Of a stretch of DNA of 64,000 bases, positions 29,399 to 38,063 are shown piece after piece (position 1 is the first letter of the stretch; each line of letters begins with the position of its first letter). Position numbers and translations under genes: made by a program. The notes beneath the pieces are model-generated. The model had not been told where the DNA came from and searched no databases. It saw only the letters and a list, made by a program, of their open reading frames with translations. Source of the stretch: Bispira polyomma (Eukaryota); assembly GCA_965649765.1 (NCBI GenBank), contig OZ287755.1, forward strand, positions 46,562,001 through 46,626,000, given 5' to 3'.

Positions 29399-29594
29399 TG
29401 CGGGGTAGCGCCGTAGGGGATAGCAAGTTCAGTGCTACTAGTATTTTCTACCCTGGGTTCATGCCCTATGAACCCCTTCCTAATTGGTCACTTGTGTACT
29501 AATTAACCTCTGTTTTCCCGCTTTTTAGCTAGAATCCTCACTTATACTATTGAAGTCATTTAGGCAACAACGCCATCTTTAATATTTTACATTA
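29399..29594 (+). repeat. Split direct repeat A1 (probable Pol II promoter)
   Basis: Matches 34712-34907; contains ATTGG (reverse CCAAT), CTTATACTAT and an Inr-like TCATTT. Confidence 0.92.
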
Positions 29595-29932
29595 TTATTT
29601 TTATGTGTTTTATTTTTACTTCACTGATTTTAATATTTGTGTTATGGAAACAAGAAATGCAACAAATGATTCACTAAGTTGTGCTACACACTAAGGAGGA
29701 ACTGATCTGCAGTGTTTTTTTTGCTGGATTCCTGTGTTTTACTCTACTTTGAGTCTTGCGATTATATGCTCGTTTGAGCGGTGGTAAAGGAACGTGGTCA
29801 AATCAATTATATTGCATCAAATTCACGGCTATTTGCCTGATTACATATAATTTAATTCAGATTATCGCGCTACAGTTCCTTTAGTATAGTTGCAGGTATC
29901 AAAGATACGAGTTCTTATATTATTCAGAGGCT

Positions 29933-30907
29933 ATGGCCCCAAGGAAACAATACTACTGTCACAAGTGTGAAACTAGTCATATTAAACCCATTGATGAAAA
30001 CTGTAAATTATATACCAGTGTGGGAACTTCCAAGCAGAACTCTGTGGCTAGCGATGGTGTAACTGCTGCCGACGTTAACCTACAAATTTTGACTGAACTC
30101 AAAGCATTAAGTGGGCGTATGACCCAAGTTGAGCAGCAAGTTTATCGCAGTTCACATGGAGCCCAGGCTTTGCCGGCGCCGAGCCCGGGGAGTGCAGCCC
30201 AACCTAGACAGGCGGAGCAAACCACTTCTGAGCTACTGGTCCCGACGCTACAGACACTACGTTCATCCGACTCCCTACAGACTGCAGTGGATTCACGTCT
30301 TAAGGAATTGGTGGCCATTAATGAATCAGGTACGTCAAAATCTCAAAGAGGGGGTCCTGACACTCTGTGGGTGAAGAATAAGGTGGCTTGGCCTCAGAAC
30401 GTTATACTAGGGGGACAAAACAAAACACGAGTTACGTATGACGCGTTGTCAATGGCCCAGTGGGTCTCTGGTTTTGCCAGTATAGCTAGAGATGAAAGTA
30501 GTTTAGACGTTAAGAACCAAATGTTGGACTATCTCACTGACCTCATGGAGGACGCTCATGACTTTTCCTGGACCTCGGCTAAGGCTAGCCATGCCGTTGT
30601 ACTGTGTAAAATGGAAGAGGGTAAGGTAACCTGGGGAGATGCCCACAAGTTGGACAGGATTAGACGGGCTCATGCCCAAAGGGTTGTCATCCAGACTGCA
30701 AATAGTAATCATCAAACCAACACCAGGAAAAGTCATGAGAAGTCCATCCCATGTAGGTACTTCCAGAAGGGTACTTGCCCCCAAAAAGGGGATCACGAAT
30801 TCAAAGGGGTGTCATATAGTCATGTGTGTAACCAATGCTTTCAAAATGGGAGGTCTTACCCCCACCCTGCAAAAGACTGTAAAAAATATCCGTTAAAAAA
30901 CGAGTAA
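29933..30907 (+). CDS. Gag-like ORF1 of element 1
   Basis: Intact 324-aa ORF; N-terminal CxxC-H-C motif, heptad-like segment, core WPQN...YDALS...LMEDAHDFSW shared with element 2, C-terminal Cys/His fingers. Confidence 0.85.
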   Translation: MAPRKQYYCHKCETSHIKPIDENCKLYTSVGTSKQNSVASDGVTAADVNLQILTELKALSGRMTQVEQQVYRSSHGAQALPAPSPGSAAQPRQAEQTTSELLVPTLQTLRSSDSLQTAVDSRLKELVAINESGTSKSQRGGPDTLWVKNKVAWPQNVILGGQNKTRVTYDALSMAQWVSGFASIARDESSLDVKNQMLDYLTDLMEDAHDFSWTSAKASHAVVLCKMEEGKVTWGDAHKLDRIRRAHAQRVVIQTANSNHQTNTRKSHEKSIPCRYFQKGTCPQKGDHEFKGVSYSHVCNQCFQNGRSYPHPAKDCKKYPLKNE

Positions 30908-30929
30908 GGCACTGCAGTAAGGCAGTGCC
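30895..30929 (+). promoter_or_regulatory. Putative -1 programmed ribosomal frameshift signal
   Basis: A-AAA-AAC at 30895-30901 in gag frame, 6-nt spacer, stem GGCACTGC/GCAGTGCC with 6-nt loop. Confidence 0.75.
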
Positions 30930-33151
30930 AGCCTATGTTTCTTCCACACAAGAGGTGGTCAGAAAAAAACTTGCACAAAAAGTTGTAAATAATTCTAAAG
31001 GTTTTCCCACTAGAACTGTGTATAATAGTCTTAAAAATGTAATACTGGCAGTACACATTGGAGGGCAGATTGGGCCAAATTTGTAAATAGATCTTATGCT
31101 GATGTGGTTAAAAGAAAGGCTCCCTCCAGGTCTGCTGCCATAAAGGTTTCTGTACAAAGTGCAAATGTGAATCAGAGGTGTCAAAGTCACCATGTTAAAT
31201 GTTCACCATGTTTAAATAACAACCAAATGTCAGAAGTGTTCACAAAACATGAACTGGGGCACAGAGTGAGTGTTAAAGCTTTCACAAAAGGTGCTTCCCC
31301 TTTTACAAGTGCACAGAGGAATAATGTAATGTCAAAAATGGGTAAACCCCCTCCAACAAAAGGTGATCAATTTGGCCAAAAGCTGGAAATCACAAAATTA
31401 GACATTCAGGGCAAATGGCCCATTTCCACTCACAATAGGTTTTCCCCTTTGAGTGACAATGACCATTATATGGACACTAGTGACAACTCTGTCACACATT
31501 TACCAGATACTTGTAACCAAGGTCAAGGTCTTAAAATACTCTCTCGAGGTATTGGGGGAATAAAATCAGACAAATATGACCTAGAACTACAAACTAAATC
31601 GAAAAACAGGGAACTTATAAAGCGTGCTTGCAACCAGCCTAAGTTCCAGCAATGGGATACTCAAACTACAGATAAGTATGGGTTTATTCCGCTAAATGAC
31701 CTCCAAGTTCCCCAAACGGATAAACGAGTAAAGTCGGATAAGTCTCTGTTAGAGTTACACACTCAGATTAAGCAGGACAACTACCCAAATTATATGGGGG
31801 CACAAGTTCAATTGAAATCTGAGTTGAACCCAGATGTATGGGAAAAATACTTGACTGACTACTGGGATAAACAACTCCCCTTTTTGATAAGATATGGGTT
31901 TCCCCTCGATTTTAATCCTGACAGCAAGTTATCTCATACAGAACAGAATCATTCATCTGCAACACAATTTCCAGATGATGTGCATGCTTATTTAAAAGAA
32001 GAGACTGAGTTAGGCGCCATGTTGGGCCCTTTCCATAAGGCCCCCATACAAAACCTCCATATTTCTCCCTTTATGACTAGGGAAAAGCCAGGTGCCGCAC
32101 ACAGGCGCGTTATCATAGATTTAAGCTTTCCTCATGGCAACTCTGTGAATTCGGCTGTAGTCAAGGATAAGTATCTCGGTACTGCGCCGTCAGGTACATC
32201 ATGAAACGTCACGGACATGACGTCACCAACTATATCGACGACGTAATCGGCTATGGTGACGTCATAGAAAGTAAACATTCATTTGATATATTGCTCAACT
32301 TACTCCAGGAACTAGGCTTTGCGATTAGTCACAAAAAACTTGTTCACCCCAGCACGTCAGTAACGTGTCTGGGGGTGTTAGTTAATACAAATGACTTGAC
32401 AATCTCATTGCCAGATGAAAAGCTACTAGAAATAAACACACTTGTGCAAGACTGGCAATTAAGAAACTACTGCAGTAAGAGGGAGTTGCAGTCACTGCTA
32501 GGTAAATTGTTATATGTATCCAAATGTGTTCGAGTTTCACGTGCTTTCTTAAACCGAATGCTTGACGTCCTAAGATCTGTAGGCCCGGATCAAAAAGTAA
32601 AACTTACACCTGAGTTTCATCAGGATGTAAATTGGTTTAAAAAATTTTTACCAACATTTAATGGAAAAGCTTTCTTTGAACACAAACCCACTACCGATTG
32701 TATTCAGTTGGATGCGTGCCTCCAAGGTCTGGGAGGCCGTTGTAATGACGAAGTATACCAATTCCAAATTCCTCTAGGTTATCTAGATTTCACGATAGTT
32801 CACCTGGAGATGTTAAACATCTTAGTTGCCATTAGGCTATGGAAGTCAGCGTGGGCAGGTAAGAGGTTAATATTGCAATGCGACAATGCTGCCGTGGTCA
32901 CTATCCTCAATTCAGGCAAAACTAAAGACCTCACTTTGGCAGCTATTGCCAGAAACATCTTCATGACCGTAGCCTCCCATGATATCAGTCTCAAAACCAT
33001 TCACATTTTAGGTAGACTTAATACAGTGGCTGATCTCCTCTCTAGGTGGCAGATCACGGCCAGCAATAATGACAAGTTACTAGAACTGGTATCGAATCCC
33101 AAATGGGTAAAAGTAAAAGACACAATGTTAGAAATAGATTGGTCTATCTAA
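30901..33151 (+). pseudogene. pol (RT-RNaseH) of element 1, disrupted
   Basis: LGPF..PFMTREK..RVIIDLS, YIDD, QSLLGKL, RNaseH LDAC...HLEMLN...CDN...ADLLSR; 1-nt frameshift near 31033 and ~76-codon deletion at ~32184. Confidence 0.9.
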
Positions 33152-33157
33152 TTGCAG

Positions 33158-34148
33158 ATGTACCTTCCAAGCTAAGAAAGATTGCTACACAAGCCTCATA
33201 CAGAGCCCATCAGGCCTTTAGACCAGCCACTGAAAGGGCCTATACAAATATGTTTAGGATATTCTTGGCCTATTGTAGTTTTGCTCAGGTCAGGCCTCAA
33301 AATATCTCCCCCCTCTTTATATTGGCTTTCTTAGAAGTATTAGTGGTTAATCATGTCTCTTCCTCCTCCATTGCGAACTACCTCTCGGCGGTTAAAGCTA
33401 AATTGGCCCTCTATGGCCTTGACGTCTCTGCATTTGCAGATCCTAGAATTAAGTATTACCAAAAAGCCCTCACACTCAATAGCCCCTTCAGGGCTAAAAT
33501 CAGCGCTATTATTGACATTCCCCTGTTACTCCAAATTACTCAAATTTGTGACAGCATGTACATGGGGCAGGTCTTCAAGGCTCTGTACCTCATTGCTTTC
33601 TTTTCTTTTCTTAGAATATCGAACTTACTTCCACATGCTGTCTCTCAATTCTCTCCACTAGTCCAACTGGCCCGGGGGACGTACTTTTTGCCTCCCCTGG
33701 CCTCCACCTCATAATAAAGTGGTCTAAAACAATGCAGTCAAAGAATGTAGCAAAAGTTATTAAAATACCGAGCCTAAGTGGCTCTAGTCTCTGTCCGGTG
33801 GCTGCCACAAGGGCCTTGCTAGCTATTACTCCTGGACACAAAAATTCTCCTCTCTTTCAGTTTAAAAAATACCATAAATGGTCCCCAATGATTGACACCC
33901 AAGCTAGACAAAATCTCACTCAAATTTTGAGGCGTCTTGGCCTCCAGCAATCAAACATTTCTTTCCACACCTTCAGGCGTTCAGGTGCCACCTTGGCCTT
34001 CAACAATAATGTCCCAATTCAAGATATCCAGAGCCATGGCACTTGGACGTCTGATTGTGTGTGGAAATATATTGTACAGGATCACAATGCATCTGACCAA
34101 GTCGCCCTCACCTTCAAGTCCCTCCTTTCCCCTTCTACTACTTCCTAG
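33158..34148 (+). CDS. Tyrosine recombinase of element 1 (one frameshift at G-run 33674-33678)
   Basis: Catalytic motifs FLRISN (R), KWSKT (K), HTFRR (HxxR), HGTW and WKY (Y); adding one G restores LARGDV as in element 2 (LARADV). Confidence 0.88.
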
Positions 34149-34157
34149 TTGGGCTTT

Positions 34158-34712
34158 GGGGCTTTATTTACATACATTATATACAAATAAAATATAATAA
34201 TGCTTAAATATAAATATTTTGGGGCCACCTTACCTTATACTAATTTAATCATTTTACATCTTTACTAAATCTCTTTTGGCAACCTCAAATAAAATCTAAG
34301 GTTACCATTTTTCTTAAACTTAAACTCATTCTAAGGTTACCCTAACTTCAAGTTAGGGTTACCCCTAAATTCAACCTTAAAATTTCAATCTTTGGTAACC
34401 CTAACTTCCAAGTTAGGGCTACCCTTAACCTTAAACTCAATCTTAGGTAGCCCTAACTTTCAAGCTAGGGCTACCCCTTAAATTTTAAAAAATCCCTTTG
34501 GTCACTTTGGCCTGTTGTCCTCAGGTTAAGGTCACCTTAAACTCTTAACTTCTCCTAAACTCTTGGGGCTAAGGTGGCCCCTTACTACACAGTATGTAAA
34601 TAATTATTAGTGATAACATAGTCAAATTAAAGCTAATATCCCCAAAACCTACCTTTCTTGTTATTTTCCTGTGTTACACCACATTAACAAGTTTACTAGG
34701 GTAGGGCACTGT
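34158..34712 (+). repeat. Split direct repeat B1, containing a hairpin array and AATAAA
   Basis: Matches 35810-36364. Confidence 0.92.
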
Positions 34713-34907
34713 GCGGGGTAGCGCCGTAGGGGATAGCAAGTTCAGTGCTACTAGTATTTTCTACCCTGGGTTCATGCCCTATGAACCCCTTCCTAATTGG
34801 TCACTTGTGTACTAATTAACCTCTGTTTTCCCGCTTTTTAGCTAGAATCCTCACTTATACTATTGAAGTCATTTAGGCAACAACGCCATCTTTAATATTT
34901 TACATTA
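34712..34907 (+). repeat. Split direct repeat A2
   Basis: Matches 29399-29594 and abuts B1 directly. Confidence 0.92.
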
Positions 34908-35809
34908 CCCACCCACTTCCCCCTACTACTTCCTCTGTAGTTTTCAGCTATGCGTCCGTCCCTGGAGTGCTGTATGCAGTCCCTGGGGTTCCTGAAGTCT
35001 CACTTTACACCTTGGCGCAGGGGGGTGGGGGCTCGGGGCTGTGGGCCCACGAGTTATGCATTACTGCTGGCCTTCACAGTTCCCCGCCCTTGGGGGCCTT
35101 CTGGGGCCTCAGGTGACTTATCTCCCATACTTTTCTGGGTAACACCAGGGCCCTTAGGGGCCAACACTTAATTTTAGGTAGCTGCTTGCTGCTGAGGTTG
35201 CGTCTCCTTTTGTAGTTATCAATGTATGTTACTTTATTGTCTTCAGGGTCTTCCCTTTGTTGTATATCAAATTGATAATGTTGTCAAATGTCCTGCGTCA
35301 GGCAGCACAATTTATATGTGTACAGTATGTGAAGTCGCATCCTTTTTTGTTGTCATAGTAGCATGTAAAGTATAACTATTAATGTTGTTCCTCGTCACAA
35401 CGAGGACTGGATTTGTAAAATGTTTGTATTTCACAACCTGGTGTTGTCGCTAGTATAACGTAATGCATTGCACATCATGTGGTGTGCAAGTGCATTTGGT
35501 AACTTTGTGATCACATGTTGAACTGTAAGCATGTAGTTTCAGGCATACTGGATTGATGGATCTCTTGTGGCTCAGTCAGGAATGAACTCTATACAAGCAA
35601 GCACTGCCCTCCTGGAAGACAAGAGCTACTCGATTTATATTTTGCTCATGTCTGTATGCATGTTCTCTGTAAGCCATGGTAATTGTATATGCTAGGGGTT
35701 TAAGGTTTAGTGAGTTTTTGCTACTCTTATGGACTTTATTAGTGAGCAGCACAGGTTTTAGTTTCTTAGCTAGTACCATGGTTTTTTAATTTCGATTTTA
35801 CCCTTTTTG

Positions 35810-36364
35810 GGGGCTTTATTTACATACATTATATACAAATAAAATATAATAATGCTTAAATATAAATATTTTGGGGCCACCTTACCTTATACTAATTTAA
35901 TCATTTTACATCTTTACTAAATCTCTTTTGGCAACCTCAAATAAAATCTAAGGTTACCATTTTTCTTAAACTTAAACTCATTCTAAGGTTACCCTAACTT
36001 CAAGTTAGGGTTACCCCTAAATTCAACCTTAAAATTTCAATCTTTGGTAACCCTAACTTCCAAGTTAGGGCTACCCTTAACCTTAAACTCAATCTTAGGT
36101 AGCCCTAACTTTCAAGCTAGGGCTACCCCTTAAATTTTAAAAAATCCCTTTGGTCACTTTGGCCTGTTGTCCTCAAGTTAAGGTCACCTTAAACTCTTAA
36201 CTTCTCCTAAACTCTTGGGGCTAAGGTGGCCCCTTACTACACAGTATGTAAATAATTATTAGTGATAACATAGTCAAATTAAAGCTAATATCCCCAAAAC
36301 CTACCTTTCTTGTTATTTTCCTGTGTTACACCACATTAACAAGTTTACTAGGGTAGGGCACTGT
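35810..36364 (+). repeat. Split direct repeat B2 (3' terminus of element 1)
   Basis: Matches 34158-34712. Confidence 0.92.
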
Positions 36365-36554
36365 TGCCTTATATTTTGACATTATGTGTCCCAATGCAAT
36401 TACAACCAAGAAGTTTATTTAAGGAATTTAATATTATTTTGTACCAGTGCCTTAAATTTTCTTATGTGAACCTTCATACGTCTGTTTCGTTACATGACCC
36501 ATGAAAACTACTTACGAGCAGTGTGGTCTTCCTTGTTCAGTTGTTTTGACTAAC

Positions 36555-36585
<31 letters not shown>

Positions 36586-36894
36586 CTTATCTAATCAGAT
36601 TGTCAGGTGATTAATCTACCTTCTAGTGGGTGCTTAGGTATGTCAATTCAATTCAGAAAAAAATTATTATATCGTCGTCACTTGAAAAAAAGATGCTGAC
36701 CACGAACTGTACCAATGTAAAATGTATAGTTAACATATTGGTAAAGCATGTTGTACACAATAGGTTGGTCAGAAGTTATTACTGTAATAACCTTTCTATG
36801 ATATATACACTGGGATCAAACATAGACTAACTGTTGATCGGTTCTAAGAATTCAGGCTCCACAGAACAATATATTTACATGATGGTTGTAAAAG

Positions 36895-37146
36895 AGGGGC
36901 CGCAGTGGCCTAGTGGTTAGCAAGCATTGCGCTTCACAATCACTGGTCTCTCACCTCGGGGCGGCGTGAGTTCGAATTCCGTCGATGCCTATGTGGGAAA
37001 GGTGCTAGTTCCTTACTGTGGGCCGCTGGTTTCTCTGCAGAACCTTGACCGACTGTATGCAGTGTTTCCTCCAGCATTTCCAACTACCCGTCCCAATATA
37101 CCCTACTAAAAGCTACTAGAGTGGACGTTAAATATCCAAATTCAAA
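36895..37146 (+). mobile_element. tRNA-derived SINE, family B, full length
   Basis: A box GTGGCCTAGTGG, B box AGTTCGAATTC; 14-bp TSD GATGGTTGTAAAAG at 36881-36894 and 37147-37160. Confidence 0.88.
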
Positions 37147-37709
37147 GATGGTTGTAAAAGTGGAATACATTATGGAATACGTCATTATAGGTCTCAATTC
37201 TTAATGTAAAATATCCAGTTTACATCATGCTATTAAGTTTGTGTTGTTTTGGTCGTATCAGGTCGTATCAGATCATAAGTCAGTGTTGAGTGATTAACAC
37301 AAATATTGATATGTATGCCTAATTTAACTAGAATGCACAGAAATTTGTGTACATTAATAATAACCTCATTGTAAACATATAACTGTACATAATATCAGTG
37401 CAATAAATGTATCATAAAACATAAAGAATGGATAAAAGCTATACTAAAGTACATCTTTCAAAGTTGAACACACATATTCATAAATAATCACTTTTTCTTT
37501 ACACATTTCATGAATATATTTGCCTATAAGATAGTTAGTTCATTCCATAAAGTCACCTCCATAAAGTCAACAGTTCAACAGAAAGTATGAATCAACAAAA
37601 ATTAAACCATAACACTGGAAGCATCTGCAAGGTATCACTAACATATTTTAATGACGCAGTTCAACAAAATATAATTAAAAAACAACCATATATACCTATA
37701 TATATATAT

Positions 37710-37941
37710 ACAAACACACAAACACTCGATCATTTCATGTATTATCCCAAATATATTGATGGCACAGTTCAACCGAAAAAAAAGTATGAATGAAAACCAC
37801 ACTACTAAATACAAGTCCTAATATAAATAAACCAATCCAGTTTAACCTAATCTATCAAGTTCTTGTATTACAGACTTGTCAAACAGTTTGATTGTTATCC
37901 CATCATCCCCGGTATGCCAGTTTGAATGGGCTTTTCCTAAT
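37710..37941 (-). pseudogene. Diverged duplicate of the last ~32 codons and proximal 3' UTR of NLR gene 1
   Basis: Tandem homolog of 37942-38163; encodes LGKAHSNWHTGDDGITIKLFDKSVIQELDRLG* vs LGKTHSKWHAGDDGMTIKLFAKSVIQKLDRLG*. Confidence 0.85.
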
Positions 37942-38063
37942 ACAAACACACAATCATTTCATATATTATCCCAAATATATTGATGGCACAGTCCAACCGA
38001 AAAAAATATGAATAAAAACCACACTACTAAAAACAAGTCCTAATATGAATAAACTAATCCAGT

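Larger units (their letters stand above)
29399..36364 (+). mobile_element. Tyrosine-recombinase retrotransposon (DIRS order, Ngaro-like), element 1, with split direct repeats A1-gag-pol-YR-B1-A2-spacer-B2
   Basis: A1 29399-29594 = A2 34712-34907 (196 bp, no difference seen); B1 34158-34712 = B2 35810-36364 (555 bp, one substitution seen); gag, RT/RNaseH and YR ORFs; no methyltransferase domain after RNaseH; no long TSD. Confidence 0.93.

Noticed and set aside
171-29502. Many 60-130 aa ORFs in the track, and antisense ORFs over the NLR and retroelement genes
   Set aside because: No motifs and expected by chance; several derive from SINE, MITE or LINE remnants
33103-33157. ATG at 33103 as the YR start
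   Set aside because: It overlaps the RNaseH end and has no counterpart in element 2; the conserved acceptor explains the YR 5' end better
34335-34475. Hairpin array as a CRISPR or integron attC cassette array
   Set aside because: The linkers are related to one another (AACCTTAAA..TCAATCTT) rather than unique, and the array is part of the retrotransposon B repeat
35530-35585. Hammerhead ribozyme on the minus strand of the spacer (CTGACTGA...GAAAC)
   Set aside because: The core does not match CUGANGA and stem II cannot be formed convincingly
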